Shown in pieces: positions 8,575-18,812 of a stretch of 54,855 bases of DNA. The stretch comes from Gemmatimonadales bacterium. Its GTDB lineage: Bacteria > Gemmatimonadota > Gemmatimonadetes > Gemmatimonadales > GWC2-71-9. Position 1 is the stretch's first letter; each line of letters begins with the position of its first letter. The DNA lies in assembly GCA_013813875.1 (NCBI GenBank), contig JACCQZ010000065.1, positions 1-54,855 on the forward strand. Reading direction: 5' to 3'. The notes beneath the pieces are model-generated. The model was not told the DNA's origin and did no database searches. It was given only the letters and a program-made list of their open reading frames with translations. Made by a program: the position numbers and the translations under genes.

Positions 8575-10473
8575 TCACACGGGGAATGTTTCACGTGAAA
8601 CTTCAGGCATGGAATCCCGCCTGCGCAGCTTCAACACCTCTATCACTAGACTCTGCAGGTCGCTCGGAGATACGCCGGGAACCCTTCGGGCCTGGCCGAG
8701 CGACAGGGGCCGAACCCTACTCAGCTTTTCCCGTGCTTCAAACGAAAGGGTCTGCAGCTGGGGATACTCCAGCTCGGCTGGCAAGCAGAAGTCGTCCAGC
8801 TGACTCAGCCGATCCGCGGCTCGTTGCTCCCTGGCAAGATATCCAGCGTACTTGAGTTCGATGTCGGCCCATTGGCTCTCCTCGTCTGTCACCTCGATGC
8901 CGGCGGCTGCCAGGAGCCCGCGAAGCGAGACACCGGGCCTCCTCGCTAATTCTGCCACCCGGGGCCGGTGACGGACGGAACAGGTTTCCGAATCCGGCAG
9001 AAGCGGAGCAACTGCTTCAGCACTGAGAGTCGCGCTTTCCGCAATCGCCGCAATCTCCTTCTCTCTCTCGAGTCGAGCGGCCGCAGCCCGGAGCTCTTGC
9101 TCCGTCAGGAGTCCGAGGCGCTCGGCCAGGGGAAGCAGCCGGCGCAGCGCGTTATCCTGGCGCAGCAGCAGTCGGTATTCTGAACGAGATGTGAAAAGTC
9201 GGTACGGTTCGTCTACGCCACGGGAGACCAAGTCATCCACCAGTACCCCCAGAAAGGCGATGCTGCGGGGAACGATGACCGGCTCCGAACCCAGGGCCAA
9301 TGCGGCCGCGTTGAGCCCCGCGATGACGCCCTGGCCGGCAGCCTCTTCGTACCCCGTCGTCCCATTGACCTGGCCCGCGAGGAAGAGGCCGGGTACATCC
9401 TTCACTTCAAGGCTTGGATGTAGCTGGGTGGGCGGGAAGTAGTCATACTCGATGGCATAACCCGCCCGAGTCATCCTTACACTGGCGAGGCCAGGCAAGG
9501 TCCGGAGGAACTCCAGCTGTACCGCGGCCGGGAGCGAGGTGGACAGCCCGTTGACGTAGAGCTCCGCCGTATCCAGCCCTTCCGGTTCGAGAAAGACCTG
9601 ATGACGCTCCGCGCTGGGGAACCGCACGATCTTGTCTTCGATCGATGGGCAGTAACGTGGCCCCAGACTGGCAATTGCACCACCATAGAGGGATGACTGG
9701 TGCAAGTGTGACGCGATGATGTCGTGAAGCTGTGAATCGGTGTAGGTGAGGTAACAAGGAAGCTGGGCAGGGTGGTGGGGCCGTTCGTGAAATGAGAACC
9801 AGTACTCGGCTTGATCTCCATCCTGGCGGGCAAGCCGGGTCAGGTCCACTGATCGTCCGTCTATCCGGGGCGGGGTTCCGGTCTTGAAGCGTTCTACTTT
9901 AAGTCCAAGTCTCTCAATAACTTGTGCTATCTCAACCGCTGGACTCTCCCCCGCTCTGCCCGCCGGAATCGGAGCGTCCAGGCCGACGTGCATTTTACCC
10001 CGGAGAAAGGTCCCCGCCGTCAACACCACTGCGGGGGCCAGGAACCGGCGGCCGTCCTGGGTAAGCACTCCCTCCACCCTGTGACCGTGGAACAGCAGAC
10101 CCGACACCGTTCCCTGGGCAAAATCGAGCTTCGGCTCCCGCTCGAGCAACGTGCGCACCGCTCGCCGGTAAAGCCCCCGGTCGCACTGGGCGCGGGGCGA
10201 CCAGACGGCGGGACCTTTTGACCGGTTGAGCATGCGGAACTGAATACGGGCGAGATCGGTTGCCCGCCCCATGATGCCGCCGAGCGCATCCACCTCGCGC
10301 ACCACGGTACCCTTGGCGATCCCACCGATCGCGGGATTGCACGACATCTGCCCGATGGTCTCGAGGTTTTGGGTCAGGAGGAGGGTGCGCGCACCACGGT
10401 GGCCCGCCAGGGTGGCCGCCTCAGCGCCGGCGTGTCCACCGCCGATCACGATCACGTCGTAGCGATCCGTCAT
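8575..10473 (-). CDS. mnmG: tRNA uridine 5-carboxymethylaminomethyl modification enzyme MnmG (GidA)
   Basis: 632 aa. YDVIVIGGGHAGAEAA (FAD fold), SCNPAIGG, GQVNGTTGYEEAAGQG. Confidence 0.95.
   Translation of the reverse strand: MTDRYDVIVIGGGHAGAEAATLAGHRGARTLLLTQNLETIGQMSCNPAIGGIAKGTVVREVDALGGIMGRATDLARIQFRMLNRSKGPAVWSPRAQCDRGLYRRAVRTLLEREPKLDFAQGTVSGLLFHGHRVEGVLTQDGRRFLAPAVVLTAGTFLRGKMHVGLDAPIPAGRAGESPAVEIAQVIERLGLKVERFKTGTPPRIDGRSVDLTRLARQDGDQAEYWFSFHERPHHPAQLPCYLTYTDSQLHDIIASHLHQSSLYGGAIASLGPRYCPSIEDKIVRFPSAERHQVFLEPEGLDTAELYVNGLSTSLPAAVQLEFLRTLPGLASVRMTRAGYAIEYDYFPPTQLHPSLEVKDVPGLFLAGQVNGTTGYEEAAGQGVIAGLNAAALALGSEPVIVPRSIAFLGVLVDDLVSRGVDEPYRLFTSRSEYRLLLRQDNALRRLLPLAERLGLLTEQELRAAAARLEREKEIAAIAESATLSAEAVAPLLPDSETCSVRHRPRVAELARRPGVSLRGLLAAAGIEVTDEESQWADIELKYAGYLAREQRAADRLSQLDDFCLPAELEYPQLQTLSFEAREKLSRVRPLSLGQARRVPGVSPSDLQSLVIEVLKLRRRDSMPEVSRETFPV
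8587..8602. promoter_or_regulatory. parS site (TGTTTCACGTGAAACT), inside the 3' end of mnmG
   Basis: Matches 15/16 positions of the TGTTTCACGTGAAACA consensus. The 14-bp perfect palindrome at 8588-8601 encodes ..VSRETF.. of MnmG. Confidence 0.8.
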
Positions 10474-10557
10474 AAGCGGAAATCTATGGGCGGGGAGGCC
10501 GGGGCGATACGAGGTCTGGAGGTTGCTCGAAAGGGTGTTCCCCCATCAGAGCCAAGG

Positions 10558-10851
10558 TCAGCTTCCCTGCGGCTCGAGATCCGCCAACCTCATGATGCTG
10601 GCCACCTCGGCCACCGGAACCACCACGTGCTTCTGTTCCGGGCGGATTCCGAACCGGGCACTCCGGCGGATGTACTCCTCCTTCGATTGACCCTCCGGGG
10701 TGGCTTGGTGCACACCCACGTCGAGCAGGTGCACACCGCTTTCATCCTGGTTGTCGAACCGGCCGAGGTAGGTGGTGAGGCCGTGAGTCTCCAGCACGAC
10801 TGTGATGCCGTGAAGCTCGTGATGCCCGGGGTGAAATACGTGGCCCGCCAT
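10558..10851 (-). CDS. Hypothetical small protein with His-rich N-terminus, last gene of the suf cluster
   Basis: 97 aa (MAGHVFHPGHHELHGITVVLETHG...). The start lies 13 nt after the bacilliredoxin stop, on the same strand. I recognise no family. Confidence 0.5.
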   Translation of the reverse strand: MAGHVFHPGHHELHGITVVLETHGLTTYLGRFDNQDESGVHLLDVGVHQATPEGQSKEEYIRRSARFGIRPEQKHVVVPVAEVASIMRLADLEPQGS

Positions 10852-10864
10852 GCTGGAATCCCGG

Positions 10865-11293
10865 TTAGACGGTAGCCGCGCAGAACCGGTCGAATGCTCC
10901 GGTCAGATTGGCGGCGATGGACTGGGGAGAGCGGCCCTCGATCTGGTGCCGGTGAACGAAATGCACCACCTCGCCGTCTCGCATCAAAGCCATGGCGGGG
11001 CTGCTGGGCTGGTAGTCGGTGAAGTACTGCCGAGCCCGTACCGTCGCGTCCAGATCCTGCCCGGCGAATACGGTCACCACCTGCTGCGGCTTGACCGAAT
11101 GCTCGAGCGCCAGACGGAGCGCGGGGCGGGCGTTTCCGGCGGCGCAGCCGCACACCGAGTTGACGAACACCAGCACCGTCCCCTTCTGATCGCCGAGCGC
11201 GGCGTCCACATCGGCCACGGTGGTGAGCTCCTTGGCGCCCAGTCGGGTCATCTCCTGGCGCATGGGGGCCACGAGAGTGGGATTGTACGGCAT
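10865..11293 (-). CDS. Bacilliredoxin (BrxA/BrxB, YphP/YqiW, DUF1094 family)
   Basis: From MPYNPTLVAPMRQEMT...: VFVNSVCGCAAGNARPA (CGC active site), VTVFAGQD, SSPAMALMRDGEVVHFVHRHQIEG. This closely parallels B. subtilis YphP as I remember it. ATG at 11293. Confidence 0.8.
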   Translation of the reverse strand: MPYNPTLVAPMRQEMTRLGAKELTTVADVDAALGDQKGTVLVFVNSVCGCAAGNARPALRLALEHSVKPQQVVTVFAGQDLDATVRARQYFTDYQPSSPAMALMRDGEVVHFVHRHQIEGRSPQSIAANLTGAFDRFCAATV

Positions 11294-11306
11294 CGAGAGT
11301 ACTCCT

Positions 11307-11762
11307 TCAAGGTTGTTCGGTCGAAACGATCTTGCCGGGCTGATCCAGCGCGGCCTTGAGAGCATGCCACGAAAGGCTGGCGCACTTTACCCGGATCGGG
11401 AATGCGGACACTCCGGAGAACACGGCAAGCTTGCCCAGAGTTTCCGGCTCGGACGGCTCCAGACGTCCGGTGACCAGGCGGTGGAACCGGTCGAACAGCT
11501 CCTCGGCCTGCCGGCGGCTCTTGCCTTTGACCGCGCCGGTCATGAGCGAGGCCGATGCTTTGGAGATGGCGCATCCCGAGCCTTGGAAGGTGGCCTCCTG
11601 GATCACGTCGTCCTCCATTCGCAACCACACCGTGAGCTGGTCGCCGCAGAGCGGGTTGTTGCCCTCCGCCTCACGATTCGCGTTCTCCAGCACCCGGTAG
11701 TTACGGGGTGACCGATTGTGCTCCAGGATCACGTTCTGATAGAGCTCACTCAGGCCGGCCAT
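11307..11762 (-). CDS. sufU: SUF sulfur-transfer/scaffold protein SufU (IscU-like)
   Basis: 151 aa. [54 protein letters not shown]. The start codon overlaps the sufS stop. Confidence 0.85.
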   Translation of the reverse strand: MAGLSELYQNVILEHNRSPRNYRVLENANREAEGNNPLCGDQLTVWLRMEDDVIQEATFQGSGCAISKASASLMTGAVKGKSRRQAEELFDRFHRLVTGRLEPSEPETLGKLAVFSGVSAFPIRVKCASLSWHALKAALDQPGKIVSTEQP

Positions 11763-13048
11763 CAGCCGAACACCTGCCGAGCCCGCTCGATGCCCCGCAC
11801 CAGCGCCTCGATCTCCTCGAAGCTGTTGTAGAACGCGAACGACGCTCGGGCGGTAGCCGGCACCCCAAAACGCTGCATGACCGGCTGGGCGCAGTGATGG
11901 CCGGCGCGGATGGCCACGCCCTCGTCGTCCAGAATGGTGCCGACGTCGTGCGGGTGCACTCCATCTACCACGAACGAGAGTACGCTCGCTTTGTCCCGTG
12001 CGGTGCCGATCAGCCGGACACCGGGAAGGTCCCTCACCCGCTCGGTGGCGTGCGCGAGGAGCTGTGACTCCCAGATCCGAATCGCATCCATGCCCACCGC
12101 TTCCAGGTAACTGATCGCCTGCCCCAAGCCGATCGCCTGGGCGATGGCTGGGGTGCCCGCCTCGAACTTGGCCGGCAGCGGCGCCCAGGTGGAGCCCTCC
12201 AGCGTGACCGACGCGATCATGTCTCCCCCGCCCTGCCACGGCGGCATGCGCTCGAGCAGCGATTCGCGCCCGTAGAGCACCCCGATACCGGTTGGACCGA
12301 AGAGCTTGTGGCCCGAGAAGGCGAAGAAGTCGCAATCCAGAGCCTGCACGTCCACCGCGAGGTGGGGAGCGGATTGGGCGCCGTCCACCAGGACTGGAAC
12401 CCCGCGCGCCCGGGCTCGGGCCACCAGCTGCTGCACCGGGTTGATGGTGCCCAGCGCGTTGGAGAGGTGGACAATGGCGAGGAGACGGGTACGCCCGGTG
12501 AGGAGCCGGTCGAAGGCGTCGAGGTCGAGCTCACCCGCATCGGTGATCGGCACCGCACGCAGCACCGCGCCGGTCTGCTCGCAGAGGAGCTGCCAGGGCA
12601 CGATGTTGGAGTGGTGCTCCATCCCGGTGATGAGCACCTCGTCCCCGGGCCGGAGCACGCTCCTGCCATAGCTCTGGGCGACGAGATTGATGGCTTCGGT
12701 GGTGCCGCGGGTAAAGATGATCTCCCGCGAGGACCCCGCGTTGAGGAAGCGAGCCACCTGCTCCCGCACCGCGTCGTACGCCACCGTGGCACGCTCGCTC
12801 AGGTAGTGAACGCCGCGATGGATGTTGGCGTTCTCCGCCGCGTAGAAGCGGCTGATGGCATCTATGACCGCCCGCGGCTTCTGGCTGGTGGCGGCGTTGT
12901 CTAGATAGACCAGCGGCTTGCCGCGGACGGTGCTGGAGAGGATGGGGAAGTCTCGCCGTATACGCTCTACATCGAGCGGTGGGGCACCCCCGGCCTTGCG
13001 AGTCACTCCGCGGCCGGGCGAGGCGCGCGTGGCCCCGACGCCGGACAT
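11762..13048 (-). CDS. sufS: Cysteine desulfurase SufS (class V aminotransferase, group II)
   Basis: 428 aa. [28 protein letters not shown] (PLP lysine), RAGHHCAQP. Confidence 0.9.
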   Translation of the reverse strand: MSGVGATRASPGRGVTRKAGGAPPLDVERIRRDFPILSSTVRGKPLVYLDNAATSQKPRAVIDAISRFYAAENANIHRGVHYLSERATVAYDAVREQVARFLNAGSSREIIFTRGTTEAINLVAQSYGRSVLRPGDEVLITGMEHHSNIVPWQLLCEQTGAVLRAVPITDAGELDLDAFDRLLTGRTRLLAIVHLSNALGTINPVQQLVARARARGVPVLVDGAQSAPHLAVDVQALDCDFFAFSGHKLFGPTGIGVLYGRESLLERMPPWQGGGDMIASVTLEGSTWAPLPAKFEAGTPAIAQAIGLGQAISYLEAVGMDAIRIWESQLLAHATERVRDLPGVRLIGTARDKASVLSFVVDGVHPHDVGTILDDEGVAIRAGHHCAQPVMQRFGVPATARASFAFYNSFEEIEALVRGIERARQVFG

Positions 13049-14358
13049 CAGACTCCCGTCTCCAACCGCTCGAGGACCAGCCGGTCGAGCTCCTCCCGCA
13101 CCGGCGGGAGAGCGACCTCGTCAATGACCTCGGCCGCAAACGCATAGGTCAGCAACCGCTCCGCCGCCGCGGCCGGCACTCCCCGGCTCCGAGCGTAGAA
13201 CAGGGCCGCCGAATCCAGCCGGCCCACCGTGGCGCCGTGAGTGCACTTGACGTCGTCGGCAAAGATCTCGAGCTGCGGCTTGGTGTTGACCTTGGCGCTG
13301 TCGCTCAGCAGCAGGTTGCGATTGGTCTGCTTGGCATCGGTCTTCTGCGCCTCGGGCGTGACGAAGACCTTGCCGTTGAACACGGCGCGCGAGCGGTCGT
13401 CGAGGACTCCCTTGTATACCTCCCAGCTGCGGCAGTTGGGATGGTCGTGGAAGATGGCGGTGTGGTTGTCGGCCACCTGCTCGCCCCGGGTGAGATAGAG
13501 CCCGTACATCAGGGTCTCGACGTTCTCGTCGTTGAGCCGGACGTGCAGGTTGTGCCGGGCGAGGGCCGCGCCCATGGCCATGGAGAAAGACCGATAATGG
13601 CTGTCCCGCTGCTGGTCCACGTGGGTGAGCCCGACATGATAGGCGGCTTCGCTCTCGCGCTGAATCCGGGTGTGCTCCAGCCAGGAGCCGGCGCCGGCCG
13701 ACACTTCGGTGACTGGATTGCTCCAGTAGCTCTGGCCCGGGGCCAGAGTCACGTAGCTCTCGATAACCGATGCGCGCGCGCCCCGTTCCACCACGATCAG
13801 GTTGCGGGGGTGAGTCACGCTTCCTCCGGCGGCGGCGGTGCTCACGAACAGCAGATGCACCGGCTGGTCGAGATCTACGTTGGCCGGCACGTGCACCACG
13901 CCTCCCTCGCGGAACGAAGCCGTGTTCACCGCGGTAAAGGGGCTGCCCTCCGCCGGCGCATGGCGGGTGAGATGCCGTTCCAGCAGGGCCCCGTCGCTCC
14001 GAAGCGCCTCGGCCAGACTCGACACCACCACTCCCGCCGGCAGCGCGCTCGCTGTGCTCAGCGCTTCACTGTAGAGGCCATTGACGAAAACCAGCGTGTT
14101 CCATTCGGGGTGACCGAACGTGAACGGCGCGAGCTGCTCCCGGGTTACCCCCGCGGAAGCAGTCGGGGCCGCGCGCCAGACCCCCTGGGCGATTGGCCCG
14201 ATCGGCGTGAAGCGCCACTCTTCGTCGCGGGAACCGGGGAAGCCGGTCTGGGCGAACCGCTCAGCCGCGGCTCGGCGTACTGCCTCGAGCCAGTCGGGGC
14301 CTTCGGCTATTGCCGCGCCGGCCCGCGCATCGGTTTCCTGCAGCAACGTCTCGCTCAC
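13048..14358 (-). CDS. sufD: Fe-S cluster assembly protein SufD
   Basis: Has the SufD C-terminal pattern ...[25 protein letters not shown]. Start chosen at GTG 14358, which overlaps the sufC stop (GTGA); the ORF track start is 14385. Confidence 0.85.
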   Translation of the reverse strand: MSETLLQETDARAGAAIAEGPDWLEAVRRAAAERFAQTGFPGSRDEEWRFTPIGPIAQGVWRAAPTASAGVTREQLAPFTFGHPEWNTLVFVNGLYSEALSTASALPAGVVVSSLAEALRSDGALLERHLTRHAPAEGSPFTAVNTASFREGGVVHVPANVDLDQPVHLLFVSTAAAGGSVTHPRNLIVVERGARASVIESYVTLAPGQSYWSNPVTEVSAGAGSWLEHTRIQRESEAAYHVGLTHVDQQRDSHYRSFSMAMGAALARHNLHVRLNDENVETLMYGLYLTRGEQVADNHTAIFHDHPNCRSWEVYKGVLDDRSRAVFNGKVFVTPEAQKTDAKQTNRNLLLSDSAKVNTKPQLEIFADDVKCTHGATVGRLDSAALFYARSRGVPAAAAERLLTYAFAAEVIDEVALPPVREELDRLVLERLETGV

Positions 14359-15122
14359 GCCATTGCCTCCGCCGCCTCTACCCACTCGTACCCCCGGGCC
14401 TCCAGCTCGAGCGCGAGTTCCTTGCCGCCCGACCTGACGATCCGGCCGCTGGAGAGCACGTGGACGTGGTCCGGCACGATGTAGTTCAGCAGCCGCTGGT
14501 AGTGGGTGACCACGATGAACGAGCGATCCTGGCTCCGTAGCTTATTGACCCCTGCGGCCACGATGCGGAGAGCGTCAATGTCGAGACCGGAATCGGTCTC
14601 GTCGAGGATGGCGAGCTTGGGCTCCAGGACAGCGAGTTGAAGGATCTCGTTGCGCTTCTTCTCACCCCCGGAGAACCCGGCGTTGACCGCCCGGCTCATG
14701 ATCTCGGACTCCCACTCGACCAACTTGAGCTTCTCCTCCAGGAGGTCAATGAAGTCCATCGAGTCCACCTCCTCCATCCCGCGCGCCTTTCGGATCTCGT
14801 TGTAGGCGGCACGCAGGAAGTAGGCGTTGCTCACGCCGGGAATCTCGACCGGATACTGAAAGGCGAGGAACACCCCGGCCTGCGCCCGTTCCTCGGGCTC
14901 CATGTCGAGAAGATCCTGCTCCAGATACGTCACCGAACCACCAGTGACCTCATACGCCGGATGCCCCGCCAGCACCTGGGCCAGCGTGCTCTTGCCCGAG
15001 CCGTTGGGACCCATGATGGCATGAACCTCGCCGGGTCTGACGGCGAGATTGATGCCCTTGAGGATCTCGACACCGCCCGCGCTTGCTCTGAGGTCCTTGA
15101 TGTTCAGCACTGTATTCTCCAA
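14355..15122 (-). CDS. sufC: Fe-S cluster assembly ATPase SufC
   Basis: 255 aa. GPNGSGKSTL (Walker A), FSGGEKKRNEILQ (signature motif), LAILDETDSGLD (Walker B). Confidence 0.95.
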   Translation of the reverse strand: MENTVLNIKDLRASAGGVEILKGINLAVRPGEVHAIMGPNGSGKSTLAQVLAGHPAYEVTGGSVTYLEQDLLDMEPEERAQAGVFLAFQYPVEIPGVSNAYFLRAAYNEIRKARGMEEVDSMDFIDLLEEKLKLVEWESEIMSRAVNAGFSGGEKKRNEILQLAVLEPKLAILDETDSGLDIDALRIVAAGVNKLRSQDRSFIVVTHYQRLLNYIVPDHVHVLSSGRIVRSGGKELALELEARGYEWVEAAEAMA

Positions 15123-15127
15123 GAATT

Positions 15128-15193
15128 GAGTCGAAGGTCGAAAGTCGAAGGTCGAAAGTCGATGTTAGGACCTTCGACCTTCGACGTTTGACC
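15128..15193. repeat. Heptamer-array hairpin B, unit GAAGGTC/GAAAGTC, between sufB and sufC
   Basis: Left units: 15133-15139, 15140-15146, 15147-15153, 15154-15160. An 8-nt loop follows. Right units: GACCTTC (15169-15175), GACCTTC (15176-15182), GACGTTT (15183-15189). It shares a 24-nt identical core, GTCGAAGGTCGAAAGTCGAAGGTC, with hairpin A. Confidence 0.85.
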
Positions 15194-15195
15194 TC

Positions 15196-16631
<1,436 letters not shown>

Positions 16632-16635
<4 letters not shown>

Positions 16636-17306
16636 GAGGTCTCCTGGGCGGTGTTGAACCGCACCTGATATTCACAGACACTGCAGCCGCGCAGAATGTG
16701 CGCTCGGCGATCCACCTCGGCGCCCAACACTTCGGCCAGAAACTTGGCTTCGGCGGCACAGACTTCGGGAAACCGTTGGGCCACCGCGGGAATGGTGCAG
16801 TTGTGCTCGGTCAGCGTGCCCACCGCGGGGCCAAGCTGCCCTTCGGCCATGTAACCTTCATCCGAGAGGGCCCGAGCCACTGCCTGCAGCCGCTCCACCG
16901 GCGGGGCATCCTTCAGCTCGGCCGCCAAGCGTAGGGCGAGCCGGCCGTAGTACGCCTGCAGCAGGGTGACGGCCGCCTCCCTTCCCTCGCGTTGGACGAT
17001 CTCCTCGAGCACGGCCGTCAGGGTTTCCTGGTACCGGCGGGGAAACAGCGCCTCCCCGGAGGGGCTCAGCCGATAGGCGAACACCGGCGCGCCGACCCCA
17101 CGGTGCTCCCGGTCATACTGTACCAGGCCCTCGACTTCCAGCTCCTTCAGGTGGTGCCGCGCCGCGTTGAGCGACAGCCCCAGCCATAGCGCCAGTTGCT
17201 TGGCGGTCAGCGGCTGCGCCCGCTTGAGCTGGTTCAAAACCGCGCCTCGCGGACCTTTGTGGCCGAGGGGGAGGTTCCAATCGCCGGTGGGAAGAGCGCT
17301 TGCCAT
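16632..17306 (-). CDS. Winged-HTH (ArsR/DeoR-like) regulator with C-terminal Cys cluster, SufR-like
   Basis: N-terminal HTH ([30 protein letters not shown]). The C-terminus has 4 Cys (..HNCTIP..EVCAAE..GCSVCEY..). The stop overlaps the sufB start. ATG at 17306 is preferred over the TTG at 17342. Confidence 0.6.
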
Positions 17307-17313
17307 GGGGCAA

Positions 17314-17342
17314 ATCATAAGTGAAACAGGCGGAATTGTCAA
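17314..17342 (-). promoter_or_regulatory. Candidate sigma70-type promoter TTGACA-17-TATGAT, predicting a leaderless sufR-like mRNA
   Basis: On the minus strand: TTGACA (17337-17342), exactly 17-nt spacer, TATGAT (17314-17319), then 7 nt (TTGCCCC) to ATG at 17306. Sequence match only. Confidence 0.4.
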
Positions 17343-17586
17343 ATCGTATGAGAACTTTGGTGTGAATTATAGGCTCTTACCGGTCAACATGTTGCGTACT
17401 GCTCAATGGCTTTTTTCCAGGCTGGAGGCAGGAACCCGTTCCCCGGGCCCAACTCTCCCATCGCCGGAGTCTGCATAACTACTCCTGTCATCGTGGACAC
17501 GAGCTACGCTGGCTACCTGGGTTTCGATTCCTCATATTGCATCAGAACACGGCGCCTGCTCACGTGCTGCGCGGGAGACACGCTTC

Positions 17587-18159
17587 ATGACCATACACCG
17601 TATCCGCTTGCTGGGTGACCCGGTGCTCCGGGCCCGCTGCGAGCCGATCACCAAGCCGCGCTCGACTGCCGTCCGGGTCATCATGGACGACATGCGGGAG
17701 ACGCTGCGCGACTGGCAGTCTCGTTTCGGCGGCGGCCGCGGGATCGCGGGTCCCCAGATCGGAGCACCGGTCAGAATGGTCTACGTGGAGATGGACAAGC
17801 CATGGCCCATCATCAATCCGGAAATCATAGACATCGGCAACGAGGATTTTGAGGTGTGGGACGACTGCTTCTCCTTTCCCAGCCTGCTGGTCCGCGTCTC
17901 TCGGTCGTACCGCGTTCGAGTCCGCTACCAGGATCTCAAGGGCGAGTGGAACGAGGAGGAGCTCGAGGGGGATCGGGCCGAGCTGCTGCAACACGAGATT
18001 GACCACCTCGATGGAGTCCTCGCCGTTGACCGGCCGCAAGGACTCGACCCCTTCTGTCTGCGAGAGGAGTGGCACCGGCTGCACGGCCCGGACGGGCGGT
18101 ACGGTCCGCCCGAGGGACGCAACGAGAGCTACGCCGCGCCCTTCTCCGGATTGCTGTAG
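17587..18159 (+). CDS. def: Peptide deformylase (divergent motifs)
   Basis: 190 aa. GRGIAGPQIG (motif 1 variant), DDCFSFP (in place of EGCLS, Cys retained), QHEIDHLDG (HExxH). Confidence 0.8.
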   Translation: MTIHRIRLLGDPVLRARCEPITKPRSTAVRVIMDDMRETLRDWQSRFGGGRGIAGPQIGAPVRMVYVEMDKPWPIINPEIIDIGNEDFEVWDDCFSFPSLLVRVSRSYRVRVRYQDLKGEWNEEELEGDRAELLQHEIDHLDGVLAVDRPQGLDPFCLREEWHRLHGPDGRYGPPEGRNESYAAPFSGLL

Positions 18160-18279
18160 CCGGGCCTGATATCCACCCCTTGCGCCACCCCATCTGACTT
18201 CGTATACCTTTGCCGAGATGCGCCGGCAGGGCGACGGAACACGCCGGCGGGCCCCTATTTTCCGCGGAGAGCCGCAGCG

Positions 18280-18543
18280 ATGACTTACGTGATAGTCGAG
18301 GCATGCATCGGGGTAAAGGACCGCGCCTGCGTGGATGTCTGTCCGGTGGACTGCATCTACGAGGGCGAGGACCAGCTCTATATCCACCCCGACGAGTGCA
18401 TTGACTGCGGAGCTTGTGAGCCGGAGTGCCCGGTAACCGCGATCTTCCCGGAGGAGGACGTGCCTCCCGCCCAAGTCGCCTTTGTCGAGAAGAACAAGGA
18501 GGTCTTCAACAGCGAGACCCCGCCGGGGAGGCCGCAGAGGTAG
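18280..18543 (+). CDS. Ferredoxin (FdxA-like, 4Fe-4S/3Fe-4S type)
   Basis: 87 aa. [29 protein letters not shown]...[17 protein letters not shown]. Confidence 0.9.
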   Translation: MTYVIVEACIGVKDRACVDVCPVDCIYEGEDQLYIHPDECIDCGACEPECPVTAIFPEEDVPPAQVAFVEKNKEVFNSETPPGRPQR

Positions 18544-18680
18544 GCTGTAGGTTGTGGGCTATCGGCTATCGGCTATTGGCTGTTCTGAGAAAGCGAGACC
18601 CTCCCTGATTCGGTTCAGGGAGGGTCAATCGCATCCGGGTTCGGCCGATAGCTGACAGCCGATAGCCAACAGCCCACACG
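18543..18680. repeat. Heptamer-array hairpin D, unit GGCTATC / GATAGCC, with a nested GC-rich stem-loop
   Basis: Left: GGCTGTA GGTTGTG GGCTATC GGCTATC GGCTATT GGCTGTT (18543-18584). Right: GATAGCT GACAGCC GATAGCC AACAGCC (18647-18674). It starts at the last base of the ferredoxin stop codon. Confidence 0.85.
18597..18626. terminator. 12-bp perfect GC-rich stem-loop nested in hairpin D
   Basis: GACCCTCCCTGA (18597-18608), loop TTCGGT, TCAGGGAGGGTC (18615-18626). There is no clear U-tract on the + strand and a modestly T-rich tail (TCGCTTTCTCAG) on the - strand. It lies between convergent genes. Confidence 0.45.
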
Positions 18681-18812
18681 GCGAGAAGCCCCGAGCTCGA
18701 ACTGCTTGGCCGCGAGCCCGGAGCCGGATTGGGGGGAGTGTGCTGGCGACGGAGACCGGTGGGTGCCTGGTCGCACCGTCGCTACCCAGAACGCAAGGTG
18801 GAGATAAAGGTT

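Noticed and set aside
10590-11153. 187-aa minus-strand ORF overlapping both the bacilliredoxin gene and orf97.
   Set aside because: It is an Arg/Pro/Ala-rich out-of-frame shadow of the well-supported bacilliredoxin gene.
12979-14484. 501-aa + strand ORF antisense to sufD/sufS. Similar long ORFs occur at 3888..5306, 42444..43640, 46005..47435 and 52315..54066.
   Set aside because: These are Arg/Gly/Pro/His-rich translations with no recognisable domains. Each lies exactly opposite a well-supported conserved gene. Such mirror ORFs are typical of high-GC DNA.
17518-17531. GGGTTTCGATTCC resembling a tRNA T-loop upstream of def.
   Set aside because: The flanking bases do not form a T-stem, acceptor stem or anticodon arm, so there is no tRNA.
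17406-17618. 70-aa + strand ORF in the sufR/def intergenic region.
   Set aside because: It has mixed third-position composition and rare codons (ATA, AGA, ACT), overlaps the def start and has no recognisable motif.
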